From the sequence record DRR723986_8428: a DNA stretch of 33,083 nucleotides, one strand, 5' to 3'. Within the stretch, counting starts at the first letter, position 1. Each line of letters starts with the position of its first letter. A program made the position numbers and the translations under genes. Shown here in pieces: positions 1 through 9,653 of the stretch. Below the pieces are notes generated by a model. The model did not search any database. It saw nothing but the letters and a program-made list of their open reading frames with translations, and was not told the origin of the DNA.

Positions 1-120
1 ATTACTCAATTAACCGCGTTACCCACTAGTACAATTATCGGATATTGGCAATAACTTAACACTGAGATAATTTCGGCAGACTTAACTATTCACAGCTGAC
101 GGCACAGTGCAAAACAACAG

Positions 121-148
121 AAAAAAGGCGCCTCCGCAGGTGAGCGCC
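121..148 (-). terminator. Intrinsic terminator downstream of 213..893
   Basis: Minus strand reads GGCGCTC-acctgcg-GAG-GCGCC-TTTTTT: a GC-rich stem followed by T6, about 65 nt past the stop codon. Confidence 0.7.
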
Positions 149-212
149 GTCAGAGAATCATTATTTGCAGATTAAACGAAAGACTCGAACAACGCAACAA
201 CACTCACTGCAA

Positions 213-893
213 TCAGATTGGCCCTACGGTACCAGCCGGCCAGCGCTTATGCCAATAATCGACAAACCGCATGCGACGAGTCAAGAGAAAGTATGCAAGC
301 ACCAGGTTCCCCACAGCCGCAAGCATATCGACAGCGTTAAATTTCGACTGCAGATAGACATTCTGTTGTGAAGGGTCAATCATTAACAGTTGCACAGACT
401 GGGAGACAAAACCGGCGAGCCCCGAGTTCAACAGTAAGATTCCAACGAAGGACAATGCCAGAGCCGGAACGACCTCGCGCCAAAAATCACGTGATGCCGA
501 AGACGCAATTTGACTATTTGTTAAACCCGTCGCATCGGGTGCGACTGCAAACATTTCAGTCAAGTTAACATCTTCGTCTGTCACCGCGCCGCGAGCGCCG
601 TCTTCACCAACATCCAGTGTTTCTTGCTGTACATTGGACGATGTAAACAAGTCGTCACGATACACGAGTCGCTCAGCTATTGGCAAACAGCGCAACACCA
701 GTACCAGCCCAACAAAGAGCTGAACAACGTTGCCGGTAAATATGGACATGCCGGCCAAGGCCTGGTCACCGTAAAAGCCGGCCATTAAATTCCCAAAAGC
801 CTGACAGACGGGAGGGAACATATTCAGAAACAGTGTCAGTCCGGTCAACGCGAGTGCAGCCGCAGTTAATAAATATAGTTGAGATTGTTTCAT
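213..893 (-). CDS. Hypothetical membrane protein (about 4 TM helices, central acidic linker), paralog of 966..1700
   Basis: 226 aa ORF with four hydrophobic segments. Shares aligned motifs with the neighbouring ORF and is followed by a terminator. Confidence 0.75.
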   Translation of the reverse strand: MKQSQLYLLTAAALALTGLTLFLNMFPPVCQAFGNLMAGFYGDQALAGMSIFTGNVVQLFVGLVLVLRCLPIAERLVYRDDLFTSSNVQQETLDVGEDGARGAVTDEDVNLTEMFAVAPDATGLTNSQIASSASRDFWREVVPALALSFVGILLLNSGLAGFVSQSVQLLMIDPSQQNVYLQSKFNAVDMLAAVGNLVLAYFLLTRRMRFVDYWHKRWPAGTVGPI

Positions 894-965
894 CCGAGAC
901 CCGCAGTTTGAATTGATATATTTGTTGCATTTATGTTTAAATATCGACCTTAAACTAAAACCAGA

Positions 966-1700
966 CTATGCACTGTTAGTGATGGACCGGCCCCAGATCA
1001 GGTGCCAGGTGCTTACAATACGTGAGTAGTGAACAATTAACAGAAACCCAATTAACACTTGCGCAACACCGCGAACTACACCAAACCAAAAAATTTGGGC
1101 ATTAAAGTCGATATCCAGAAATGAACTGCCGAAGTGTAACAATGGAGTCAGGAGTGCCGCCAGAACGGGAACAACACCAGTGGCGACAAGATAAAAACCA
1201 AGCACTGCCAGCGCGATCCGCGGAATTGTCTCGGCCCAGGTACGATTTTGATACAACTTGGCAGTAAATTTGTGGTCCTCAAGCTCATCATTTTCAGTGA
1301 CTGGGTCTTGATCAATTTCTGCGCCGTCGGCAGGCATTTCGGCTTCCAATTCCGGCAATTCGGCATCTGAGTTAAACTGTTCAGAATCTTCACTTTCGTC
1401 GGCCGGTATTTCCTCAAAAGCGACGTCACTCTCTGGAGTTCCCACTTCTGCCTCGGCGTCAACTACGTACATCAGCTTTTCAGCCAGTTTTTGTCGGCGC
1501 AAAATCAGATAAACAGCGACGGAAATTGTTACGAGTGGCCCAAGAAGTCCAAAGAGCAACTCAAGTCCGACAGTGTTAAATCCTGGAGAAATTATCAGAA
1601 ATGGCAGGTAGACAAGGTTCGGTAAAGCCTCGGCGAGGATCAAAACGCCGGTCATGGCAAAGGCAATCGATAATAAAACAAGCAGGCGGTCTTGTCGCAT
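966..1700 (-). CDS. Hypothetical membrane protein (about 4 TM helices, long Asp/Glu-rich linker)
   Basis: ORF track gives 966..1805. Start moved to ATG 1700 (MRQDRLLVLL...) because it aligns with the paralog start MKQSQLYLL; ATG 1715 is an alternative. Confidence 0.75.
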   Translation of the reverse strand: MRQDRLLVLLSIAFAMTGVLILAEALPNLVYLPFLIISPGFNTVGLELLFGLLGPLVTISVAVYLILRRQKLAEKLMYVVDAEAEVGTPESDVAFEEIPADESEDSEQFNSDAELPELEAEMPADGAEIDQDPVTENDELEDHKFTAKLYQNRTWAETIPRIALAVLGFYLVATGVVPVLAALLTPLLHFGSSFLDIDFNAQIFWFGVVRGVAQVLIGFLLIVHYSRIVSTWHLIWGRSITNSA

Positions 1701-1862
1701 ATGCTGATCTCCCATGAAGATTTTACTACGGGTTAACTGGCGCAGGCCAGATAGGTCAACGCAATTTAGCAACTTTTGTTGCAGAAGCAACAAGCAATTC
1801 ATCAACTATAAGCCTAGACCGGACAAATCACCCTGGGGGTGCGCACAAAACCGAAAGACATT

Positions 1863-3947
1863 CTAATCGGATTCACTCTCGTTCTGAACAGATTTATCGG
1901 TTGTTGGGTCGGGCGTTGAATTGGGCGTTGCGGGTGCATCTCCCTGCCGGTCGGTCAAATCGGTTTCCTCGTCTGCAGCCTGCGGCTCATCTTTAAACCA
2001 TTTGGCTAATCGCTCGGCAACTTTGCGGCCTACCAAGGATTCGACTTTAACAGGATCGGCCTGTTTAACACCGTTAACGGAACCAAACTCAACGAGCAGC
2101 TTTTGCGCGATTTTCGGCCCCACACCTTCCACGTCGGTTAAAGCGGTTTGCAGTGTGCGTTTGCGGCGTAGCTGTCGGTGGAATGTAATCGCAAAACGGT
2201 GCGCTTCATCGCGCAGCTGTTGAATTAACTTCAGGCTTGAAGACGTGCGTGGCAGCATGAGAGCCTCGGATTCACCGGGCAGAAACACTTCTTCCAGGCG
2301 TTTGGCCAGACCAATGATCGGAATTTTGCCAAAGAGCCCCAGGTCCTGCAGAATCGCAACCGAGCTGGAGAGCTGGCCTTTGCCGCCATCAACAATTATC
2401 AGATCGGGGGCTTCAGACTTCTCTTCGAGCATGCGCGAATATCTGCGATAAACAACTTCGCGCATCGCTTCAAAATCATCAACACCCTCAAAGGATTTAA
2501 TCTTGTATTTGCGATACTCAGACTTGCGCGGTTTACCGTCGATAAACACAACCATCGACGACACTGTCTCAGAACCCTGGAAGTGTGAATTGTCAAAACA
2601 CTCGATGCGCCTTGGCGGCTTGTTTAAGCGCAGATCACGCTGCAATGACATTACCGGGCGCGGCACAACCTGATCGCGTTTAAGTCGCTGCAATTCCAGT
2701 TCACCAAGCAGGAACTGCGCATTGGCTTCAACCATGCGCACCAGACTTAACTTTTCACCGATTTTAGGAACGGTTAATACAACCTTGCCGCCGCGCTGAG
2801 CACGCAGCCACTGTTCGAGCATCTCGGATTCATCCAGAACTTCGGGAAGAATGATTTCTTCGGGAATCTCCTCGTTTTCCAGATAAAAACGTTCAAAAAT
2901 AGACTGCAGCAATTCACCCGAACTTTTGTCGCGGTGATTCAGCACGTGGAAATGCTGCTTGCCAATTAACTTTCCATCGCGAATCTTAAACACTACCGCA
3001 CAAGCGTCTTTGTCGTTTTGCGCAAAGGAGAGCACATCACGATCGATTGGATCGGCGCTGACAACTTTTTGTTTAGCGGAGTATTCGCGCAGGCGTTCGA
3101 GCCTATCGCGCACCAGTGCAGCTTCTTCGAACTTAAACTCAGCGGCCAGGCGGCTCATCATTTCGGTGAGTTCGTGTTCAACGGCCTTGGTTTTGCCCTT
3201 GAGCACCTGCACCGCATTTTTTATCATGATATTATAATTCTGGCGGCTCACGTAGGCCTCGCAGGGGCCGTCACACTTTTTGATTTGATAATCGAGGCAG
3301 ACGCGAAACTTGCCTTCTCCAATTTTTTCATCTGTTAAAGCAAGGTCACAGGAACGAATTGGGAATAATGACTTAATGGTGCGCAGCACGTAACGCATCG
3401 TTTTAACATCACTGTACGGTCCCAGGTAGGTACTGCCGTCACGCACAACTTTACGCGTAGAGAAAATACGCGGATATGCTTCTTTAGTGATGCGGATGTA
3501 GGGGTAGGATTTATCGTCGCGCAGCCGAATGTTGTACTTGGGTTTGTACTTTTTAATCAGCGTATTTTCCAGGATCAACGCTTCCATCTCGGAGTCCGTA
3601 ACGATGATCTCCAGGTCGCGAATCCGTTTTACCAGAGCGATCGTCTTGGCATCACTGGCGCGTCCGGCGTTAAAATAGGAACGCACGCGATTGCGCAGAA
3701 TCTTGGCTTTGCCGACATAAATCACCTCGCCCTTATCGTTGCGATAGATGTACACACCACTTTTTCGCGGGAGCGAGGCCAGTTTTTCTTCCAGGTTCAG
3801 TTGGGGCGGCGGCGCCTCGGCCGTCGGCTCTTTGGAAGTTTCGGGCACAACAGCTCCGGCATCATCGGTGGCACCGGCTGCATTTGGCTCGTGCTGCTCG
3901 TGGTCTTCTGACTGACTCTGCTCGCTATTTTGATCCTGGTTTGACAT
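1863..3947 (-). CDS. uvrC: Excinuclease ABC subunit C
   Basis: GIY-YIG domain (GVYIY..IYVGKAK.LRNRVRSYF, EALILENTLIKK), UVR motif (FEEAALVRD), RNase H-like domain (IECFDNSH, DLIIVDGGKGQ, LRDEAHRFA) and HhH (GVGPK). Confidence 0.97.
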   Translation of the reverse strand: MSNQDQNSEQSQSEDHEQHEPNAAGATDDAGAVVPETSKEPTAEAPPPQLNLEEKLASLPRKSGVYIYRNDKGEVIYVGKAKILRNRVRSYFNAGRASDAKTIALVKRIRDLEIIVTDSEMEALILENTLIKKYKPKYNIRLRDDKSYPYIRITKEAYPRIFSTRKVVRDGSTYLGPYSDVKTMRYVLRTIKSLFPIRSCDLALTDEKIGEGKFRVCLDYQIKKCDGPCEAYVSRQNYNIMIKNAVQVLKGKTKAVEHELTEMMSRLAAEFKFEEAALVRDRLERLREYSAKQKVVSADPIDRDVLSFAQNDKDACAVVFKIRDGKLIGKQHFHVLNHRDKSSGELLQSIFERFYLENEEIPEEIILPEVLDESEMLEQWLRAQRGGKVVLTVPKIGEKLSLVRMVEANAQFLLGELELQRLKRDQVVPRPVMSLQRDLRLNKPPRRIECFDNSHFQGSETVSSMVVFIDGKPRKSEYRKYKIKSFEGVDDFEAMREVVYRRYSRMLEEKSEAPDLIIVDGGKGQLSSSVAILQDLGLFGKIPIIGLAKRLEEVFLPGESEALMLPRTSSSLKLIQQLRDEAHRFAITFHRQLRRKRTLQTALTDVEGVGPKIAQKLLVEFGSVNGVKQADPVKVESLVGRKVAERLAKWFKDEPQAADEETDLTDRQGDAPATPNSTPDPTTDKSVQNESESD

Positions 3948-4040
3948 AGTCGCGTCGATTTACCTTTTGGCCGTACACCTACAAAATCGTTTATCGTTGT
4001 GTTGAGGGAAGAGCGCTTGCGCCCCGTCGTCCTGCGCTTT

Positions 4041-4088
4041 GCTTCGGTCTTGTGGCTGGCTTGTTTTTCTCTTGTTAGTCTTCGGGTT
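4041..4088. repeat. Copy 1 of a dispersed intergenic repeat (copy 2 at 14491..14540; partial inverted copy at 4144..4163)
   Basis: gcttcg-N10-tggcttgtttttctcttgttagtcttcgggtt aligns with gcttcg-N10-tggcttgctttttctttttgttagtattcgagtt at 14491. Confidence 0.55.
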
Positions 4089-4215
4089 GCCGGCCGCACA
4101 CAGTTGAGTCTGCAAGTCTCTTTTTGCGCAAAGAAGTCGATTGCCGAGCTAACAAAAAAAACATCACAACACTGAGCCCCAATCCCCAAACCCGCACCCG
4201 CGTTCAGAAACCAAA

Positions 4216-4968
4216 CTACAGATCTCCGCGCCAGGGACGCAGCTGTAATTCTTCGACTGTGGCGCGGTATGGCGCTTCGAGCATATTGTGCACTACTTTG
4301 GCGACGTCCTGCGGCTGCATCATATTCTCGGCATGTTCTTCGAGCATGCCGTCCGGCCAGATCGCTGTAGCGGTCGCACCCGGCATTATGTCCATGACGC
4401 GCACACCGTGTTCGCGCACTTCTTCGCGCAGTGAACGGCTAAAGGCCAGGACGCCGGCTTTAGAGGCGGCATAGACCGTGCAGTTTGCAAATGTTGTCGT
4501 CGCCGCCACGGAATTAATTGTCAGGATACTCCCCTGCTCGCGTTTAATCATTGCGGGCAGGACGCTGCGGGTACAGAGGAACACTCCGCGCAGGTTGGCG
4601 GCGAGTGTCTCATCAAACTCAGCGACTGAAAGCTCAAGCATCGGCTTAAAAATTCCAACTCCCGCATTGTTGATCAGAACATCGACAGCACCGAAGTCAG
4701 CAACAATCGCGGCATGGCATTCTGTAACCGAAGCGGCGTCTGACACGTCGCAGGAATAGGTTTGCACATCAGTGAGCTGCCCGAGTTCCTGATGCAGTTC
4801 TTTGAGATCGGAATCCTGACGCGCGCTGAGCGCAAGACGCGCACCGGACTGAGCCAGCTCGCGCGCCAGGGCGGCGCCGATGCCGCGGCGTGCACCGGTA
4901 ATCCAGATGCAGGCTGCAGGCGGCAATGACGTGTCCCTGCCCGCTTGAGATTGAGTTTCCGTGGTCAT
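4216..4968 (-). CDS. Short-chain dehydrogenase/reductase (SDR) family oxidoreductase
   Basis: TGARRGIG Rossmann motif, NNAG, catalytic S...YAASK, and PG motif. Confidence 0.93.
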   Translation of the reverse strand: MTTETQSQAGRDTSLPPAACIWITGARRGIGAALARELAQSGARLALSARQDSDLKELHQELGQLTDVQTYSCDVSDAASVTECHAAIVADFGAVDVLINNAGVGIFKPMLELSVAEFDETLAANLRGVFLCTRSVLPAMIKREQGSILTINSVAATTTFANCTVYAASKAGVLAFSRSLREEVREHGVRVMDIMPGATATAIWPDGMLEEHAENMMQPQDVAKVVHNMLEAPYRATVEELQLRPWRGDL

Positions 4969-5227
4969 GCGAATTTTCCTGTTTTTGTCATATCAGCTTT
5001 GCTAAGTTCGCACGTCTGCTCCTGATATTGCAGGAAAGTCGCTATGCCGTGCAAAGTCCACGGCCGCAGCCGCATGAGTTCCAGCCCCAATTCATGCATT
5101 CAAAATCCCTGCACGGAATACGTAAGAATGCAGGAAAACAGGCAGTGCAGGTGAACCTTGCGGGGCGCCGCAGTGTAGACATCTGCAATCAATGGAGACA
5201 TATTACAAGGACTTACCGAAGCACAAA

Positions 5228-5259
5228 CTTGCGAATAAGCGAATGTCGCCGTAGCTTTG
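5228..5259 (+). promoter_or_regulatory. Bacteroidota-type housekeeping promoter for uppS-bamA
   Basis: cTTG (5228-5231), a 20 nt spacer, then TAGCTTTG (5252-5259), matching the -33 TTTG / -7 TAnnTTTG consensus. Confidence 0.6.
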
Positions 5260-5310
5260 CAAGTCTTTGCCTATCTCCGAATTTCCCAAAAATTCCATGG
5301 ATTCCAACAC

Positions 5311-6141
5311 GTGAACTGGGATAGAGAACGCACTGTAGAAGATTGCGCATCGCAAGAAAAACTTTTGAGTGAAGGCCCCATACCAAAGCATATCGGCTTT
5401 ATTATGGATGGCAATGGACGTTGGGCGCAAGAGCGCGGGCGTTCCAGAGTGGAAGGACATCGCGAAGGCATTGAAAGCGTTCGCGATATCGTCAAAGCCG
5501 CTTCCTCACTCGGTATAAAGTACATTACGCTATACGCATTTTCGATGGAAAACTGGCGGCGTCCGCAGGCCGAGGTCAACATCCTCATGGACCTGCTGGT
5601 ACGCTATCTAAAAGCCGAACTTGACGAGCTGCACGAGAACGATGTGCGCATGCTTGCAATCGGAAAATTGAATGCATTGCCCAAACGAGTGCAACGAAAA
5701 CTCTTCGAGTGTATCGATGTAATGAAAGACAATGACGGCCTCAACTTGACGCTGGCATTGTCGTACAGCGGACGTTGGGATATCGTCAGAGCCGTGCAGA
5801 CTATTGCACTGGATGTTCGGCGTGGAAAAGTCTCGCCCGAAGATATCACCGAAGACCTTGTGTCTTCGTATCTGCTGACGAGTGAACATCCCGACCCCGA
5901 TTTAATCGTACGTTCGAGCGGCGAAATGCGCCTAAGCAACTTCCTTCTCTGGGAGTCTGCATATTCCGAGATATATATCACGGACAAATATTGGCCCGAA
6001 TTCCGGCGGCAAGAACTATATGATGCCATCAGGGACTATCAAAAGCGTGAGAGAAGGTTTGGTAAAACTTCACAGCAAATCGCCCAGGAAACAGACAACA
6101 GTGGAATCGTTGGGCGTATCCTTGACAAGCTCAAATTCTAA
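5311..6141 (+). CDS. uppS: Undecaprenyl diphosphate synthase (cis-isoprenyl transferase)
   Basis: HIGFIMDGNGRWA, YAFSMENW.RP, ALSYSGRWDI, PDLIVRSSGEMRLSNFLLWE. Start set at GTG 5311 because TTG 5257 overlaps the -7 promoter element. Confidence 0.96.
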   Translation: MNWDRERTVEDCASQEKLLSEGPIPKHIGFIMDGNGRWAQERGRSRVEGHREGIESVRDIVKAASSLGIKYITLYAFSMENWRRPQAEVNILMDLLVRYLKAELDELHENDVRMLAIGKLNALPKRVQRKLFECIDVMKDNDGLNLTLALSYSGRWDIVRAVQTIALDVRRGKVSPEDITEDLVSSYLLTSEHPDPDLIVRSSGEMRLSNFLLWESAYSEIYITDKYWPEFRRQELYDAIRDYQKRERRFGKTSQQIAQETDNSGIVGRILDKLKF

Positions 6142-6142
6142 C

Positions 6143-8548
6143 ATGACCGCTTCTGGACGCTACGCCCATAGCGGCGTCATTTTCATGCTGCTTTGCATGT
6201 TGTGCTGCGCCTGGCCTTCCGCGGCGGCGCAGGCTCAAACCGGCAAATCCTACAAGATTCTGGATATCATCGTCGAAGGCAATGAATACGTTGAACGCTC
6301 AACGATCATCGCCCTTTCCGGCCTGCGCAAAGGCGATGAAATTGTGCTTGGTGATGACAATCTGCTGCAGACCGATGCAATCCAGGATGCAATTCGCAAC
6401 CTGTGGGCGCGCAAGCAGTTCAGCTCCGTCGGCATAGTGCCCGACAAAATCACACCTCTCGGCATCTTCATCAAAATCCGCGTGACCGAGTTTCCACGAC
6501 TCGAAGAAATTGTTGTTGAAGGCAACGAAGACTTTGATGATCGCGATATCCGCGAGGAAATCGGCAAGTTCCGCGGTGATATCCTGCGTGACAAAGATGC
6601 CTTTGACGCCGCTGAGAAAATCCGCGAGTTATACGCCGAAGATGGCCGCCCCTTTACCAAGGTGCGCGCCGAAATTACCCCGATTGACAGCAGTAATTTT
6701 GCACGCCTGCTTCTCTTCGTAGAAGAAGGCGCGGACTTCTATGTCCGCAGCATCAGCTTTGAGGGCAACGAAAAATTTCCCGACGATGAGTTGGAATCAG
6801 CACTGGACGAGACCGGTACCAAAAGCTGGTGGCAAATCTGGCGTTCAGATGCATTTGACCTGGAAGAATACAAGACATCCAAAGAAAATCTGCTGGTGTT
6901 CTACCGCCGTAATGGTTTTGTAGACGCCGCCATCGTCAATGACTCAGTCGCTTATGACGAGCAGGAAGAGGCTGTTGACATCCTCCTGGAAGTCTCCGAA
7001 GGTGAGCAAGTTTTTGTCCGCAACATCAAGTTTGAGGGCAACCTGGCGTATCCCGACGCGTTTCTGGAGCGCCGCCTGGACTTCATCAAGGGTGACGTTT
7101 TTAACGAAGAGCGCTTCACGCAAAACCTCTCGGGCAATGAAGCTCAAACCGATGTAGCCTCACTCTACCTCGACAATGGATATCTGACGGTTGAGCCCAC
7201 GCCGGAACTGCGCCGCATCGGCACTGACTCGATGGACATCACAATCAAAATCGTGGAGCGCAACCGCTTTACGGTGCGCCGTGTGAATATCGAGGGCAAC
7301 TCAAAAACACATGACAAGGTGATTCGCCGCGAGCTGTTCACGCGTCCCGGCGAATACTTCAGCCGCTCCTCCATCATTCGCAGCATCCGCGCACTCGGTG
7401 TGCTCAACTTCTTTAATCCCGAAGCCTTGCAGCCGCGCTTTGATCGCGTTAATGACGACGAAGTCGATATCACCTACACCGTTGAGGAACGCTCCAGCGA
7501 CACCTTCAACGCTTCAGTCGGTTTTGCTGGATCGTTTGGTCTGACCGGATCGATTGGTATCACGCTTAACAACTTCTCGATTACCGAGCCGCTGACGGGT
7601 GGTGCCGGGCAGCAGTTCCGCTTCGAATACCAATTTGGCGGCTCTAACAGCTTGCAGACTTTCACCCTTGGATTCACAGAGCCGTGGCTGCTGGACGAGC
7701 CCACAACTGTTGGGTTTAACCTCTTCCGGACGCGCCAGCGCGCCACCTTTGACGTGCGCCGCACAGGTATTTCGATCAATGCTGGTCGCCGCGTCTTCTG
7801 GCCGGATGACTTCTTCCGCATGGACTACCAGTTCCGCTTTTTGCAGAATGAAATATTTAATGATGGTCTCGGCAATGACCTGGGAACCGACACGGAATTC
7901 AGTATCCGCCAGGTCGTCTCCCGTACCAACCTTGACAATCTGATTTTCCCGAGCGAAGGTTCGCGCTTCAGCTTCTCCAACCAGCTGGCCTTGGGCGCGA
8001 TTAACATCGGGACCACCGATTACCTGCGCACCGATGTAACCTATGAGATGTTCAATCCGCTGATGCAGATTGGCGGACAGAACCGCCTGGTGCTCTACCT
8101 TAGCACCAGCACGGGTTATGTGACGGGAATTTCAAGCGACACAACCATTCCGCCGACTGAGTTCTACCGCATGGGTGGTAATGGACTCGGCGGATTTGCC
8201 GTGACGCCGCTGCGCGGTTATGAAGATGAACAGATTGGCCCGCGCAACGAACGCGGCCAGCTGACCGGCGGTAAATTCATGCTGCGTCATGTAGCCGAAT
8301 TGCGCTTTGCCTTGTCTCTTGACCCGATGCCGATTTACTTCCTGGGCTTTGCCGAGGCTGGTAATGTTTGGAATGGTCTTAGTGACAGTGATCCTTTTCA
8401 ACTCAAACGATCGGCCGGCCTGGGCTTGCGCATTTTGCTGCAGCCGCTTGGCCTGCTTGGCTTTGACTACGGTTATGGCTTTGACCCGCCTGTTGGTGAC
8501 GTTGGTGATCGCTCCGGCTGGAAGTTCCACTTTCAGTTTGGCCGATGA
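6143..8548 (+). CDS. bamA: Outer membrane protein assembly factor BamA
   Basis: Signal peptide, repeated POTRA domains (I..EGN), KT.DKVIRREL, LRGY motif, C-terminal KFHFQFGR. ATG lies 2 nt after the uppS stop. Confidence 0.95.
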   Translation: MTASGRYAHSGVIFMLLCMLCCAWPSAAAQAQTGKSYKILDIIVEGNEYVERSTIIALSGLRKGDEIVLGDDNLLQTDAIQDAIRNLWARKQFSSVGIVPDKITPLGIFIKIRVTEFPRLEEIVVEGNEDFDDRDIREEIGKFRGDILRDKDAFDAAEKIRELYAEDGRPFTKVRAEITPIDSSNFARLLLFVEEGADFYVRSISFEGNEKFPDDELESALDETGTKSWWQIWRSDAFDLEEYKTSKENLLVFYRRNGFVDAAIVNDSVAYDEQEEAVDILLEVSEGEQVFVRNIKFEGNLAYPDAFLERRLDFIKGDVFNEERFTQNLSGNEAQTDVASLYLDNGYLTVEPTPELRRIGTDSMDITIKIVERNRFTVRRVNIEGNSKTHDKVIRRELFTRPGEYFSRSSIIRSIRALGVLNFFNPEALQPRFDRVNDDEVDITYTVEERSSDTFNASVGFAGSFGLTGSIGITLNNFSITEPLTGGAGQQFRFEYQFGGSNSLQTFTLGFTEPWLLDEPTTVGFNLFRTRQRATFDVRRTGISINAGRRVFWPDDFFRMDYQFRFLQNEIFNDGLGNDLGTDTEFSIRQVVSRTNLDNLIFPSEGSRFSFSNQLALGAINIGTTDYLRTDVTYEMFNPLMQIGGQNRLVLYLSTSTGYVTGISSDTTIPPTEFYRMGGNGLGGFAVTPLRGYEDEQIGPRNERGQLTGGKFMLRHVAELRFALSLDPMPIYFLGFAEAGNVWNGLSDSDPFQLKRSAGLGLRILLQPLGLLGFDYGYGFDPPVGDVGDRSGWKFHFQFGR

Positions 8549-8856
8549 TGGGGTAGTGTTGAGCTGAGCCGGTAATAATATCGGTACTCAAAGCGTCAAC
8601 CCAAATGACAACCCCAGTACTCCCCCGGCACTTTTACGTATTTCAGGTAGCAAAGTAGTATCCTCAGCAAGAAGATCGGCCTAACTGTACCTATCGCACG
8701 GCCTGCTCTGAATTGCCTTCTGTATTGACTTCCGGACTGTCATTGTGCTCTCTGCGGCTTTCCCCATTGAGGCACTGATTGACTCCGGTAGCCCGCAGAA
8801 CGCCGCATTCGTCGGCGCTTTGGTCGGCAGATTAGTCGCGCACAGGGCAATTTTCA

Positions 8857-8864
8857 TATATTTG
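8857..8864 (+). promoter_or_regulatory. -7 promoter element upstream of first skp
   Basis: TATATTTG about 30 nt upstream of ATG 8896. The -33 element is not clear. Confidence 0.55.
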
Positions 8865-8895
8865 CAGGCTTATACGTAAAGCGAAATACTCAAAC

Positions 8896-9456
8896 ATGGA
8901 TATCCGAGGACTTTCAATGAATTATGGATTGAGCGCTCTGCGCGCTGCGGTAATCCTCGTGTTTTTTGCCGCTGTCGGCACATCTGCATTTGCACAAACC
9001 GGCAACCTGCGTATCGGGATCATCGATGCGGACGCTATTATTAAAGAACTTCCTGCTGCTAAAAAAGCAGATAAAGACCTTACCGATTTTGCGCGTAGCA
9101 TCCAGGACAGCCTCGCTTCCATGGAAAAAACTATGCAGGAACGTCTGACGAGTTATCAGCAGCGCGAGCAGATGATGACCGCAGATGCAAAATCCAAGGA
9201 AGAAAATGACCTGCGTGCCCTGCAACAGCAGATGCTCCAGTTCCGCCAGGTAAAATCTCAGGAACTCGAGAAAAAACGCGCCGACGTCCTCGTGCCTCTG
9301 CGCAACATGATTGACGAAGCCGTCTCCGCCGTTGCACAAGCTGAAAAGCTGAACCTCGTGCTCGACAAATCCACGACGGTAGTTTACTACAACGACAAGA
9401 ATCTGGAAATTACCTGGAAAGTCCTGGACCACCTGCAACGCGGTGAGGGCAAGTAA
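8896..9456 (+). CDS. skp: OmpH/Skp family periplasmic chaperone (copy 1)
   Basis: Signal peptide ending AFA-Q, RIGIID, coiled-coil body, LNLVLDK..VVYY..LEIT..VL. Located after bamA. ATG 8917 is an alternative start. Confidence 0.92.
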   Translation: MDIRGLSMNYGLSALRAAVILVFFAAVGTSAFAQTGNLRIGIIDADAIIKELPAAKKADKDLTDFARSIQDSLASMEKTMQERLTSYQQREQMMTADAKSKEENDLRALQQQMLQFRQVKSQELEKKRADVLVPLRNMIDEAVSAVAQAEKLNLVLDKSTTVVYYNDKNLEITWKVLDHLQRGEGK

Positions 9457-9480
9457 TTTCAGCCAACATTCAAAATAATT

Positions 9481-9502
9481 CGGCGCCTAAGGGCGCCGTT
9501 TT
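9481..9502 (+). terminator. Intrinsic terminator after first skp
   Basis: CGGCGCC-taag-GGCGCCG followed by TTTT. Confidence 0.7.
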
Positions 9503-9506
9503 GCAT

Positions 9507-9536
9507 TTTGCGGAAACAGATCATCGGCTATTTTTG
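9507..9536 (+). promoter_or_regulatory. Bacteroidota-type promoter for second skp and lpxD
   Basis: TTTG (9507-9510), an 18 nt spacer, then TATTTTTG (9529-9536), immediately after the terminator. Confidence 0.5.
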
Positions 9537-9653
9537 TCCGATTCCATTAACAATCGACTTCCGCGTATGCCCTATTGATACCCTTTCCGGCCTGGTGACG
9601 TCATTCTCGCCGCCTGCCGCATACTCTGGATCAAGCAAAACATAGGTATCGAT

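Noticed and set aside
917-925. TATATTTG promoter-like octamer on the + strand between the two membrane-protein genes
   Set aside because: It points antisense to both flanking genes in an AT-rich spacer and may be chance. No + strand gene follows.
5029-5137. Direct repeat tgcaggaaa exactly 100 bp apart in the SDR-uppS divergent spacer
   Set aside because: Only two 9-mers, too short to distinguish from chance.
8605-8658. Small ORF MTTPVLPRHFYVFQVAK in the bamA-skp spacer
   Set aside because: No recognisable homology, initiation signal or compositional support.
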